Source of the DNA: the human T2T-CHM13v2.0 reference genome, Homo sapiens
Strand: one strand, 5' to 3'
Assembly: GCF_009914755.1 (NCBI RefSeq)
Contig: NC_060931.1
Length of the DNA: 64,000 bases
This document shows, one piece after another, positions 1-17,950 of the stretch. The number at the start of each line of letters is the position of its first letter. Position 1 is the stretch's first letter. The notes under the pieces were generated by a model. It did not search any database, was not told the DNA's origin, and saw only the letters and a list, made by a program, of their open reading frames with translations. Made by a program: the position numbers and the translations under genes.

Positions 1-16
1 AAAAAAAAAAAAAAAA

Positions 17-220
17 GGTGTCTAGAGCAGTCAAATTCATAGAGAGGAAATGTAGGATGGGGGTGCCAGGGGCTGCAGAGGTGGGTGGGGAGTGAGTTTT
101 CATGGGAACGAAGTTTCAGTTGGGAAGATGGAGCATTCTGGAGATGATGGTGGTGACTGCTGCATAATACTGTGAGTGTGCTTAATGCCACTGAGGATAA
201 ATGACGAAGGTAAAATATGC
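17..220 (+). mobile_element. Old L1 (L1M-type) 3' fragment after an A-tail
   Basis: tagagcagtcaaattcatagag...gtttcagttgggaagatg...ttctggagatgatggtggtga...cttaatgccactga resembles L1MB/MC 3' ends. Confidence 0.65.
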
Positions 221-225
221 AAACA

Positions 226-315
226 CTGCCCCCTTCCGTGGCCGTGGCATGCACACGCTGCCCCCTTCTGTGGCCATGACATGCAAATGCTGTCCCCTTC
301 CGTGGCCATGGCAGG
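226..315. repeat. ~32-bp tandem repeat x3
   Basis: ctgcccccttccgtggccatggcatgcacacg-like unit. Confidence 0.75.
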
Positions 316-356
316 TGTCTCTGATCGACCACGGCACCTTTTCTGGCCAAGCCTCA

Positions 357-760
357 TGTACTAGTTCCCTACTGCTGCTGTGACAAAGTACCCCAAACTT
401 AGCAACCTGAAACAACACACATTTATTTTCTCTCAGCTCTGCAGGCCAGAAGCCTAAAGTGAATGGGCAGGGCTGGCTCCTTCTGGAGGCTGCAGGGAGG
501 ACCTGTTTGCTGACCCTTGCCAGCCCTGGAGGCCCCTTCCTCCTCTTCAAGCCAGCAGTGCCGGGTCTGAGAGCCTCTGACCTCCCTCCCGCTCTGACAA
601 AGACCCTTGCGGGGTGACGTCAGGCCCACCTGGGCAGCCCAGGACCCTCCCCACCTCCAGACCTGCAGCTCACATCTGCGGCCCCTTTGCCAGGTCAGGT
701 GATAGAGGCACAGGTTCTGGGGACCAGGACGTGGACGTCTTCGAGCCATTATTCAGCAGC
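357..760 (-). mobile_element. MaLR MLT1-type solo LTR
   Basis: ctgctgtgacaaagtaccccaaacttagcaacctgaaacaacacacatttatt...ctccttctggaggct pattern typical of MLT1. Confidence 0.7.
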
Positions 761-930
761 CCACCCCTGGATCAGCCCCCACCTGGTCACAGCACGTGTG
801 TTCTGATATCCAATATCATGTGGCCCGTGCTATGCGGAGAGCCCGCGTGCAGGGGACAGTCTGTTTTCCTGTTCACTTTCTGAAATCATCTAAGTTTTTC
901 AATGAATAAATTCTTTTGTTTCTCTTATAA

Positions 931-3196
<2,266 letters not shown>

Positions 3197-3697
3197 TCTT
3201 TTGGGTATGCTGAATGCTGGCCGCAGCATCGTCTCCATGGAGTTCGGGTGGTCCCTGCCCAGGTAGAGACAGAGAGTAAGGGGGGGTCAGGGAGTGCCTC
3301 TCGGGGGACACAATGCAGGAGGAGAGAGAATGGGGTGAGGCCAGTGTGCCCAGACACCAGCAAGGGTGGCCGCGGCACGAAGAGCAAGCAGGCAGGAGGG
3401 GACCGAGGGAGAAAAGGGCTGTGTGAGGCGGGGCTGAGCGGGCTGGTGGAGAGGCTTCCTCATCCAAGTCCAGGGTTCTGGGGAGTTGGGGGCAGCTGAG
3501 CCCCAGAAAGCAGCAGGAGGCAGTATGGGTGCCCAGTGGGTCCTCACTGCCTCTTCGCTGGTCATTCTCAGAGCCACCGTCCCCATTCACAGAAGAGACT
3601 CAGAGAAGAGCCTCACTTGGCTCACGCAGAGGGACAGGGCTGAGCCAGGACACCAGCCAGTGCGGTCCTGGGCTCTCCCAGAGACAGGGGGGCTTTA

Positions 3698-4068
<371 letters not shown>

Positions 4069-4261
4069 CACATTTTTTCAATCATACATTTTTTAAAATA
4101 AATGTCTTCAAATAGCAGGTGCCAGAGGAGCCAGAGGTGCATTTGGGGTCCCAGAGCCTGGGGCAGCTCATGGGGTCTGGGACCAGCCCTGAGTGTGGGG
4201 TCCCAGGCTCTGCCCCCCGAATCCCAGGATGCAGGGAGCCCGCGGCAGCAGGAGTCACCAT

Positions 4262-5667
<1,406 letters not shown>

Positions 5668-7185
5668 CACGTTTCCAGCTTCTAATTGTTGGAGCGTGAA
5701 TCGCCACCAAACTCCTGCCAAGCCAATCCCAAGCTGAGTGTGGGCCTGGGACCCCAGGACGGCGGGGCCCAGGGGCTCACCTCCCGGACGAGGGGCAGGT
5801 GTAATTGGGGTGGGAGAGACCCCAAGGCTGCTCCAACTCCCACCACCCCAGTGACCAGCAGGGATCCATCCCATGGATTCAGTAGGGGCCATGGGGACTG
5901 GGAAGCACTCTGTGTGTTCCACGAGATGCAGAAACACAGAAAGGCCGAGACGCTCCCAGAGGCTGTGTCCCTCCCAAGAGGAAGCCTCTTTTCTCCTTCC
6001 TTCTTCCCGTGCACCCCCAGGCCCTGCAGCTGCTATAAAAACATTTTTTTCCGACTACAAACGATTTTTTTTAAGTTAAGGGTAAGAAAGCAGAGAAGGG
6101 GAAGATGCTTGGGGTAAAATGCCTGCATCTGAGAGTGCTGCAGTGTTCACCCCAGAGCAGGAAGCTTCCGGCTGCAGGAGGAGGGCTGGGCACAGACCGT
6201 GGGGAGGGTCCACTGGTTTGAATGTGGCACCACCCAGCTGTGAAACATCCGGCCACAGGGACACCAACGACCCCGCCCTCGGCCCCCACCACCGGAGGAG
6301 GCGGAATGCAGCTCTCACTCCAGGCAGGATCGTGTGTCATGGTGCCACGTGTGTTCTCCATATGTGTGCAACAAAGACGGCCACCCAGAGCAGCCAGAAA
6401 GTGGAACGGACCCAAACACCCGCCCACAGGAGAGTGGACGAGCCACCACGTGGTGGAGTGCTACGCAGCCATGAAAAAGCACAGCCCTCAAGGATGAACT
6501 CTGCAAACCCAACACTGAGCCAAGGCGCTGGCCCCGTCATGGGACCCCATGCACGGCGCTCTGGGACCGGCCAGTTTGCAGATGGTGGTGAGAGCCGGCC
6601 ATCTTCCAGCCTTTTCCGACGTGTGACAAGGGCTCAGCCCAAAGCCTCCCTTCTGAGAGGTGTCTTTGAGGCAGCCCTGCTCCTACCCCCAGTTGCGCCA
6701 GACACAACTGCCTCCCTGTGGGCATCACCCTGGAGGGCAGGGGCCCCTACCTCGGGGAGCCCCGCAGAGAAGGATCCTTAGCCCCACTCCATCCTTCTCT
6801 GCCGCTGTTCCGCCCCCTGCCCCAGCAGGAACAGTCTCTACCCCTCGTCTGCCTCAGCATGGACAGCCCCAAAAGGCCCCCGCTCCATCCCTTTCTCAGC
6901 AGGGTTGGCCTGCAACAGACCAGACATCCAGCCTGCCGAGGAGGGGCAGGGGGTCTTGCTGCCTTCCCCCCGCCCAGTCCCTGCTGCCTCCACGGCCGGA
7001 CCCCCAGCTTCCGTGGGTGGGAGGCCGCACTGGACTGCGTTGGAGCCCGAGGCCAAGAGGATCATCAGCGACACGGGTTCCATCTTCATGGAGCATTTCG
7101 ATGTTCTGCTCATCGTGGACTTTTACAATTAATTTTGAAAACTTTAAAGACTGGACCCAAGCCCAGCCAAGTCCGTGGCCACGTC

Positions 7186-7338
7186 GGGCGCAGGGAGCCA
7201 GGGGTCAGGGCTGCGCCTTCCCCAGAGGCCGAGGAGCCCGGGCGGGTCCGGCTGGGGCAGGGGCGCAGGGAGCCAGGGGTCAGGGCTGCGGCTTCCCCAG
7301 AGGCCGAGGAGCCCGGGCGGGTCCGGCTGGGGCAGGGG
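7186..7338. repeat. 75-bp GC-rich tandem duplication
   Basis: gggcgcagggagccaggggtcagggctgcg...ggctggggcag at 7186 and 7261. Confidence 0.93.
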
Positions 7339-7429
7339 TGCAGATTCTGAGGACGGCTGAGCCCACACAGCAGCACCGCTCAGTGGGACATGGGCCGCGG
7401 CGCCTGCTCCAGCCTTGTGCTCTCCTTTC

Positions 7430-7908
7430 CCTCTCAGTCTCTCCTCTCTCTCCTTGTCTCTGTCTCTGCCTCTCTCTCCTTGTCTCTGTCTCTCTCTCTC
7501 TGTAGCTCTGTTTCTCTCTCTCTGTCTCTCCCTGTCTCTCTGTCTGTCTCTCATCTTTGTCTCTGTGTTTCTGTCTCTGTCTCTGTGTCTCTCTCCGTCT
7601 CTCCCTCTCTGTCTCTCATCTCTGTCTCTGTGTCTCTCTCCGTCTCTCCCTCTCTGTCTCTGTCTCTCTCCCTGTCTCTCTCTGTCTCTCATCTCTCTGT
7701 GTCTTCTCTCTTTGTCTCTGTCTCTCTCTCCCTCTGTGTGTGTGTCTGTTTCCCTGTCTCTGTCTCTATGTCTCCCTCTGTCTCTTCCTCTCCCTCTGTC
7801 TCTTCCTCTCTCTCTGTCTCTCTCCCTGTCTGTCTCTGTCTTTGTCTCTCTCCCTGTCTCTCTCTGTCTTTGTCTCTCTCCCTGTCTCTCTCTCCTCATC
7901 TCCTCTCT
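7430..7908. repeat. (TC)/(TCTG)-rich polypyrimidine simple repeat
   Basis: tctctgtctc tracts. Confidence 0.95.
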
Positions 7909-10531
7909 GATGTTTGTGACTGGACTCCTGCGAGCCCCAGCTCAGGGACGGGACCTGCTGACCTCACTGACCACCTTCTGCCCCCGCCTGACCCCGGGTG
8001 CCTCACGCGCCATCTCACCCCTTCTTACAGCAGCTCTGCCACCTGGGAGCCATCACATCCCTTCTGCAGACAGGGAAATGGAGGCTGTAGTGGAGATGTG
8101 ATATCCTGCACCGGCAGGGTGGGTGGAAGGCGGGTGACTCCCCTAGACCCATCTCTTGGCCACCAGCTCCCTGGGTCCCATCCCCTGACCCGTGAGCCCA
8201 CTCCTGGACACAGGTGTGGCTACAGCAGGTGGGGCAGGCCGGGGCAGGGCAGGCCGGGGCGGGGCAGGCCGGAGGATGTGGTCACCTGGCTGTTAACACC
8301 CCCTGGGAGGGTGCTTGCAGATGGGAGGTTGGGTGGGGTGAGGTCACAGCCCAACACTGAAGGAGGGAGGAGGGAGAGGGGTCCTGCCCCAGCTCAGACC
8401 CGGCCACTGCCTGTCACATACCCCACCTGTGAGAAACAAATCACACTCGGGCGACCCTTCTCTGACAGGGAGGAGGCCACGGGGTCCTCTCGGACAGAAG
8501 GGGAGCAAGCTCCGAGGCTGGAAGCCAGTGAAGGGGGGCCCCAGCCCCGGGTATCACCTGTGCCCATTCCGCCTGCCCGCTGTGAGCCCACTCAGGCCCC
8601 CGGCCCCCTCCTGCCTCAGGCCTCAGTGGGGAGAACCTCCTGCCAGCCTCTCAGAACCCCCAACTCAGCAGCATGGCTGGGCCACTGTGTCCCGCTGCGT
8701 GATTGGGCCCTGAGGGTCCTCACCTTGCAGACCTCAACGTTTTGTTGACGTTCAACTGTGTGGCTGGTTGTCGGTTTATGTGGCCGGGGTGGGTGACTCT
8801 TCCCTGCCTGACGCTGGAGGGGTCTACACACAGGGCCCCGCGTAGACCTCGCACGCCTGGGAGTGTGAAGCCAGGAAGGGACCCCTGCTACAGACCTTCC
8901 CACCCTGCCCTGCAGCCTCTGGGATTGAGCGGGTCACCCTCAGAGCCTCCTATGCCGCAGGGAGCCAGGAGAGGGAGCTGGGGGGACAGAGGGGACCCCC
9001 CTAGACACCAGAAGGCCAAGTGGCTGCAGAGGCCCCGCCTCCTCCACCCCTCAGGTGTGATGGAAAAGGAAGCTTACAGCTGCCCTTGGCAGAGAAAGGA
9101 TAAGAACCGCCTCCCTCATCAGTGCCCGTCTGACGGCCCCGGCTCGGGGAAGTCACGCGTCGCTCCTGAGCCACGCACAGATCCCCTCGAAGGCTCCCGA
9201 GAGCAGGTGCAGCGGCCGGCAGGTGGACACACCGCCCACACGTGTGCATGGAACACCTGCTCTGTGCCTGCGGCCGAGGAAGTGGGACCCACTGTTTCTC
9301 CCTTGACTCACTCTGGGCCCGAAAACTCCAACATTGTGGCCCCACCCCCAGGGTCCTGCTCCAGGCCTGCACCCCGACTGTCTGCTCCCCACAGGAAGCC
9401 CTGACCCCACCTCCCTGGGCACCGACGGGTCAGGGGACAGAGTGGCAGCCTCTCCTCCGGGGCCGACGTGTGTGGCTCTGACACGGGGACTTTGGGCTCC
9501 AGACAGGGGGCGGGGGACCTCGGGGGTCCTGCAGCCACCCCGGTCTCTACGACTCTACAGAAGCTGCTCTCCAGCCTTCAGTCACGCCTGACACTGCTTC
9601 CTTCCCCTGTGCCCGGGGAGCCGGTCCCCAGAGCCACCCTCTGCTGGGGATGGTCCCTGAGCCCCGTTGCCAGGCAACCACCGGGTGCACCCAGGCAACC
9701 GCCATCCCGCGTCTGGCCTGGGCTTCGTGTTTCCACCACGTCAGCCCCAGTGCCCGGAGCGGCACCCAGCTCAGGGCCCAGCCAGCCCTCCTGGCCACAG
9801 CACCCAGGCAGCGGGGCCCTCAGTCCTCCCCGCCTCGTGTCAGCTGCCAGAGCTGGAGTCCAGGGAGACTGATGTGGGCTCCCCTCCCCAGGCTGCAGAC
9901 GGGCCTGGGTCACCGGGGCAATGGTGGCCTGGTCAGGGAGCCAGGCATGGTGCTCAAGTCCGTCTCGGTTTGCCCTGTGGGCCTCCTCTTCCCTCTCCCG
10001 AGGACAAGGCGGGTGTCGTGGTCACCTCCAAGGGACAGGGGTGCTCAGCCTGCTCTGCCGTCCTTCAGCGTGGAGGCCTTGTAAACTGTGAAACTGCCCC
10101 CCGGCCCGTGCCCCAGGTCTCAGCAGCTGTGAAAGCCATGTCTGAGAAATTGTACAAACAGCCACAGCTGTATCCCCATCAAAATTGGTTTCAAAGAGCA
10201 ATTAGCACTTCATTAATAATCAATGAGGTGCCAATTTACACATCGCCCAAGAACAAATTGTGGATTCAGTTTGGCCAGGACAGGGAGGGCACTGGTGCCA
10301 GCCGGGGAGTGGCGAGGAGGGTCCCAGCGTGGGGGAGGGGTGCTGGGCTCCCACAGTGGTGGTGGTAGGAGGGCAGGTGGGGACGCCACAACGCGCCTGT
10401 GAATGAACTGATGCCTCCCACCTGTGGGGGCCAGGTGTCTGCAGAGGCCCCATCTCGTGCGCCCCTCGCGCAGGATGGAAAAGGAAGCTTGCGACTGCCC
10501 TTGGCTGAGGCAGAACCCGAAACCACCTCCC

Positions 10532-11028
<497 letters not shown>

Positions 11029-12309
11029 AAACCACCTCCCTCAACAGTGTCCCTCCGAGGGGCCCCAGCTCGGGGTGGTCACACATTGAGTTACATACGG
11101 ATCCCCTCGGAGGCTCCGGAGAGCAGGCGCGGCGGCGGGCGGGTAGACACACCATCCACATGTGCGCACGGAACACCTGCTCTGTGTGCGTGGCTGAGGA
11201 AGTGGGGCCCACTGTTTCTCCTTTGATTCTCACGGGGTAGGTGAGGCCTTTACTGAGCACCTGCTGTATGCACACCACCCTTCACCCTTCACACAGGGGC
11301 TCCCCACTTCACAGCCAAGGATGCGGGGTCCAGTGAGGGGAGCTGGGCTTGACCTCAGACATCTGGGCCCACATGCCAGCATCCCACCATGCACCACAGC
11401 ACCCCTCACTGTGTCCCCATCCCATCTCTGTGTTTGACCCCTTTCCTAGCACCCAGCAGCTGCTGTCTGTCAGTCAAGGAAGGCTTCTCGGAGGAGGAGG
11501 TCAGGTCAGAGGACTACTTTTACCTCTGCTCCCCACAGACCAGGCCTTTGCCACTGCTGTCCCCCTACCTAGCATACCCTCCCCAGCTCAGCGCAGGTTT
11601 CCTGGATGTCTTCCCCACTCCACCCCCTGTCCCGCTGGCTGCTCACCATGTTGACACCCGTCTAGGAGGTGGTTCCTCTCACCTGCCCCAGTGTGCAGTA
11701 GGTACTCAGTAAGTGCAGCGTGAGGCACTCCATACCAGAGGAAGTCCTGCTGCTGGCCAGGGCAGAGTCCAGCTGGAGACCCTGTGAGGCTGACTTAGGG
11801 AAGGGCAGCTGCTGTCACGGTGTACGGTTCCATGACGGGATGGGCACCTGGAGGGAGAGCGCTCCTGGCAGGGGAACAGTCTGTGCCAAGCCCCTGAGCA
11901 GAGGCACTGGGGCCTCAGGGCACGCAAGAGGGTGGATCCGGGTAGAGACAGAGGAGAGGGGGCGGGAGAGAGTCAACCAAGAAGGGGTGTGGGTTTCTTC
12001 TGGGGTATTAGGCAAGGGATGCAGGATATACCCTGGGGTCCGCGGGCTGCCGTGTGAGGCTGGCTGGGAAGGGACACAGAGGGGCCATGGAGGGGTCTCA
12101 GCGTCACGGTGGGGAGCTGAGGGTCACGTGCACCCAGGCATGGCCGTGGGCGGACGGAGAGGGGCAGGGGCAGCGCCGGCGTTCTCAGCACCCCCGGATG
12201 TCGTTAGCGGGTAAGGAGACTCCCAGCTGCGGCCACACAGGACTTCTCCGGTTCCACCCTGGTCCTGGCCCCCGCACCGCCTCCCGTCTGCACCCACCAC
12301 CCTCACCGA

Positions 12310-12655
12310 GAGATTGAATTTACAACTCACTCTAACACATTTAAATCCATTTATTGCAAAATTACTTTTCAATAATTACATCACCGTGCCGACTGCGTTG
12401 CACAATGAAATTAGCATGAGGGATATTAGAGATAATATACAATTATAAGAAATATTGAAATACCTCTTTCCCGTCTGTCTTCATGAGGCCCCGTAGCTTA
12501 ACTGGGAAGCGGATGCATGTCATGGATGAGACTGGAATACACAGAGTGTAATTTTATAATGTCTTTCGTATAAATTAATTATAACAGTTATAGCAGCTTT
12601 GCATTATTGGGTTGAAATTTCCCTCCAGTTGAGCCTATTAGAGGAGAATTAGTGG
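12310..12655. promoter_or_regulatory. Candidate homeodomain-site-rich enhancer
   Basis: AT-rich island: aataattac, gaaattagc, gataatatacaatta, taaattaattata. Confidence 0.5.
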
Positions 12656-12816
12656 TCCCAAGCTCCCTGGGGCCACACCAAGGACAGTGGGGGAGGGAAA
12701 GGAAGACAGACCTGGGTTTTGGGGTCAGGCCGATCAGAGTTCAAATCTTGGCCCTGCTGTGTGTCTTCAGAAAAGCCACTTAACTTTTCTGAGCCTATTT
12801 AAAAAAAAAAAATCCA

Positions 12817-13678
<862 letters not shown>

Positions 13679-13944
13679 CTAGCGCCATCCAGCATCCGTG
13701 CACTTTGTACCCTCTGTCCATGCCCATGGGCATGTCCCTGTCCACGTATGTGAAAATTTTCACAGCCAGCCTCCTGGCCATGTGCACAGGGGCTGATGTG
13801 ATACACAAGTTCTACCGGCCAGACCTGACGATGCCTGAAAACCCACCAAAGTCTGGAGAACTCGAAGGGGAGCTTTAGGGACTGAAAGAGACAGCACAAA
13901 CCTAAATTTCTCAGCAGTAGAAACTTAAATACAGCTAAACCAGT

Positions 13945-14165
13945 CTCAATCTCCTGGGTTTAAGTGATCCTCCCGCCTCAGCCTCCCAAGTAGCTGGGAC
14001 CACAGGAGCTCGCCACCACACTCACCACCTAATTTTTATTTTTTTTTTATAGATGGGGGTCTCACTATGTTGCCCAGGCTGGCCTTGAACTCCTGACCTC
14101 AAATGATCCTCCCTCCTCAGCCTCCCAAAGTGCTGAGATTTCAGGCATGAGCTAGCCCACCCAGC
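13945..14165 (-). mobile_element. Partial AluJ
   Basis: Reverse Alu sequence. Confidence 0.85.
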
Positions 14166-14184
14166 ATAAGTCTTAAGTATGTAT

Positions 14185-14545
14185 TTTTTTCATTTTTTCA
14201 ATCACATGATAGGAAAATGAATTAAATGTGTATTACTTAATTTATTGAGCCAAACTACTTGTCCTTAATCACCTAGTCCAATGCTAACTGTAAGAGGAGG
14301 TGCTTGGTATTAACTGATACATTGAAATTTCATTACAGTTTGATTGATATTTCTTGAAAACTGTCAAAGTGCATCTCCTCAGCCTCTTGAATGTGGTTTG
14401 GAAGATATTTAGTCTTGAATATCACGTGAGATAGAGTATTTGCAAGGATACTATATGGGTTGTCTTGATTTCATATAAATCAATGGTGAAAATCATTTTC
14501 AAACTAAACAAAAATGAAAGCAGAAACCACAGCAATCCTAATGCT
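14185..14545. promoter_or_regulatory. Candidate enhancer with PBX/MEIS/HOX-like motifs
   Basis: TGATTGAT 14341, CTGTCA 14361, TGATTTAT (minus) 14475-14482. Confidence 0.45.
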
Positions 14546-14589
14546 TGGCATCTTGCTGGAGGATGAGATGAGCATGAAGCGTTGGTGTA

Positions 14590-15060
14590 GTAGTGACCTA
14601 TGCTGTGTAACAAATAGCACCCAAACTTCGTGTTTAGACAACAGTAAACGTTGATTAGCACTGGAGGTGTCTGAGGGTTGGGAATGTGGGAGAGGCTGCG
14701 TCAGGTGGCCCTGGCTCCAGGCTCTCATGAGGCTGCAGTCAGGGGTCAGCTGGGGCTGTGTCATCTGAAGGCTCAACTGGGGCAGAAGGATCCCCATCTA
14801 GGTGACTCTCAGGTCCTGCTGGCTGTTGTCTGGGGGCCTCAGCACTTCTGCATGGGCCTCTTCATAAGGCTGCTTGGGGTTTCACATGACATGGTGGCTT
14901 CCCTAGAACAAGTGACCCAAAGACCAAAGCAGAAGCCGCAGTGCCTCTGTGCCCTGCACATGAAGTGATGTACCATCGTCTGTCCTGGCCTCCTGTGGTC
15001 TCATGGGTCAGCCCTGATTCACACGTGCAAGAGGCTGCACAAAGGTGTGAAGATGCTTGG
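14590..15060 (-). mobile_element. Old MaLR MLT1 LTR
   Basis: tgctgtgtaacaaatagcacccaaact...gtctctcatgaggctgcagtca-like...gtcatctgaaggctcaactgggg. Confidence 0.6.
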
Positions 15061-15177
15061 AAGTGGTAAACCTGGGGCACCTTCTCAACTCCACCCGCCC
15101 TGTCTGCAGAGCCCAGGATGAGTGAGACCCACGGGGGCATCTGTGGGAAAAGCCGGTGCCTGTATTTCCTTTCCGGT

Positions 15178-15599
15178 TGATGTAGTTTGGATGACTGTCC
15201 CCTCCAAATCTCATGGTGAAATGTGAGCTCCAGTGTTGGAGTGGGGCCTGGTGGGAGATGTATGGGTCGGGGGGGCAGATCCCTCGTGAATGGCAGGTGT
15301 CCTCCCCACAGTAATGAGGGAATTCACACTTTATGAGTTCATGTGAGACCTGGTTGTTTAAAGGAGCCTGGCACCTCCCCCTCCTCCCTCTCACTCTTGC
15401 TGCCTCTTTTCCCATGTGACCCACTGGCTCCACATCACCTTCCACCATGATTGGAAGCCCCCTGAGGCCCCATCAGAAGCAGATGCTGGCACCATGCTTC
15501 CTGTACAGCCTGCAGAACTGTGAGCCAAATCAACCTCTCTTCTTTATAAATTATGCAGTCTTAGGTATTTCTTTATAGCAATGCAGTAGACTAATGCAT
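15178..15599 (+). mobile_element. MaLR MST-type (MSTB-like) solo LTR
   Basis: tgatgtagtttggatg...ccctccaaatctcatg...cagcctgcagaactgtgagccaaat...tctttatagcaatgca. Confidence 0.85.
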
Positions 15600-17339
15600 A
15601 GACACTCATGGTGCTGGCATCCAGGAAAGGCCAATAGTACCTTCCAGGTGGGGATGGAGCCGGGTTGCCCCCTGGGAGCCAGGGCCTGGAGGGGCAGAGC
15701 AGGCTGTTGCCAGTGGGCAGGAGGCAGGGCTGGCAGAGGTCTGGGCCTCCACTGATGCACCTGCCCCCCAGCTGTGAGCCCACTCTGGCCACTGCAGGGC
15801 AGGGCTGGGGCTGCCTGATGGGTCTGGATGTCCAGTCATTTCTGGAGACTCTAAGATTCCCCAAAATCATGAGGAGCTAAAGGGGGGACATAGGAATGAT
15901 AGAAACAGCATGAGCGTCACACATAGCACCGCCCGCCTCTCAGAGGCCTGCACTTCTTGGGGTTCTCCGTGACGGGGTTTCGGGGGCATCCACTGAGAGC
16001 CGGAAGTGGGTCCTATGGGTGAGATGGGCTGGGGTGAGGTGGGTGTGCCCCATTTCGATCACCCTGGGGCAGATGAAACTGACCCATTCTCAGGAGCTCA
16101 CAAGGGCAGGGCTGGGGCCCGTGGGGTGCCCGGGCTCCATGGTGGAGACTGGGCCCTGCTGTCTGTCCTTGCAGCTGTTTTAGGGCCGCCGGCCAGTCTT
16201 CCTCACCTCCAGATTTCAGATTTTCCCCTCTGCAGCCAAACATTGCTCAGTAAGTGAAAGGAGAACTCAGCCCTCTCAACAGGTCCTGGGTACAGCCAGA
16301 GGGATACCCGTGGGCCTGGCAGTGAAGAGAGATGTGACCACAGTCCTCTGAGCCAGGGACCAGGGCCAGGGCCAGGCGGAGGGAGGAAATCATTGCCCTC
16401 TCGCTGAGTCTGAAGAGAACTGGGGGCCTGGATTCAGGGTAAGGGGACACAGCATGGCCACAGCGGGAGGTTGGCAGTTCCTCAACGTGGTGGCAGTGGA
16501 GGGGCTTAGGATCAGGAGCCTGAGGGGGCACCATGGCGGCGAGCGAGCCAGCCCTACTGTGTACTGGGAGCAGATGCCCCAAGAGGAGTCAGTTCTTTTC
16601 AACATAACTCCCTCCTGTGCCTGAGCACCACAGCCAGGCCTGGGTTGGGGTCATACAGGAGGGCGACAGCCATGCTTGGCCAAAGTGATCCAGTGGGAAC
16701 CCAGACAGAGGAAGCCAGAGACAGTGGAGGAACCGGTGAGGGGCCCCCAACATGGGCAGGAGGCAGAGAGTGGCAGCCAGGATGGACATGGGCCCATCTA
16801 AACCTTCTCCTGGATCCTCCCACACCTGGCACAGAACATGTTCCAGCGTGGACCTCCTGAGCAGATAGGAGGGGCCCCCAGAAGAGGGGAGGATGCCCCC
16901 AAAGGCAGAGGGCAGGGGTGCAGGGTGGTTCCTGCAGGGAGCAGCCTGGGCTCCACGTGGAAAAGATTCTCCCCCCAACTCTGCCAGTTTCCTGGCCAAG
17001 TTTGGGGGCTTTGGGGAAGGCTCTTCAGGCCCAAAGCCAGCAAGCCCCTCATGGCTGGACTGTCAGCATTCATTACCCAAGCCTCAGCTATGTGCTCAGT
17101 CCTGTGCTGGGCCTTAGAGGTATAGGGTGGTTCAGGCCTGCCCTGCCCTCAAGGAACTCTGATTACTCTCCCTCACAAGCGCAGGGGTAATCCGGGAAGA
17201 ATTCCTACAGGAGGTAACCTTTGAGCTGAGTCCGAGAGGCGAGGACTAAGAACAGGTACAGGCATCATGCATTCCCTCCAAGCAGCCCATTTTACAGAGG
17301 AAAGGAAATAAACCACTGGCTCAGAGAGATGGGGGGCAT

Positions 17340-17950
17340 TGGTTTCCCTTGCTGCAAAACACAGGACCACAACTTGATGACAAGAAATGACACACATCTA
17401 ACAACTCACAGTCTCTGTGGGTCTGGATTCTGGCCACGGTTCGGCTGGATCCTCCATGCAGGATCCCACCTGGCTGCAGCTGCATGATGGGATGTGTTCT
17501 TGTCTGCAGGCTCGGCTGGGGAGGAATCCACTTTCCCTGGCTGCAGCTGCAGTGGTGGGCTGCATTCTCATCTGCAGGCTCAACAGGGGAAGAGTCTGCC
17601 TCCAGGCTCTCTCAGGTTGTGGCAGCCTGCATTTCCCCGCAGGTATGGGGTTGGGGATGCCAGCTTCTCTGCTGGAGGCTGCTCCCAGGACCCTGCCACA
17701 TGGCCCTCTCTTGCTGTGTGGCAGCCTGGTACTCCACAGACAGCAAGGGAGACATCTCAGAGTGAGTCTGCTAGCAAGGCAGCATCTCGGACATGTAACC
17801 CAGCCCATGGGAGTGGGATGCTGTCACCTGCACCCTATTCTATTGTTTAGGTGCAAGTCTTGGGTCCTGCCCACACTGAAGGGGAGGGGACCCCACAGTG
17901 GTGTGAACCCCAGGAAGTGGAGATCATGGGGCCTCTTGGGGTCTGTCTGC
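17340..17950 (-). mobile_element. Old MaLR MLT1 LTR
   Basis: ctcacagtctctgtgggtctgga...attctcatctgcaggctcaacaggggaaga...cctgcccacactgaaggggaggg. Confidence 0.6.

Noticed and set aside
6905-7132. 75-aa ORF with a protein-like tail (EAKRIISDTGSIFMEHFDVLLIVDFYN)
   Set aside because: Non-ATG start, no recognisable homolog, and no supported splice context.
7144-8748. 452-aa SLSV-rich and 251-aa RE-rich ORFs
   Set aside because: Products of the (TC)n simple repeat and GC-rich flank.
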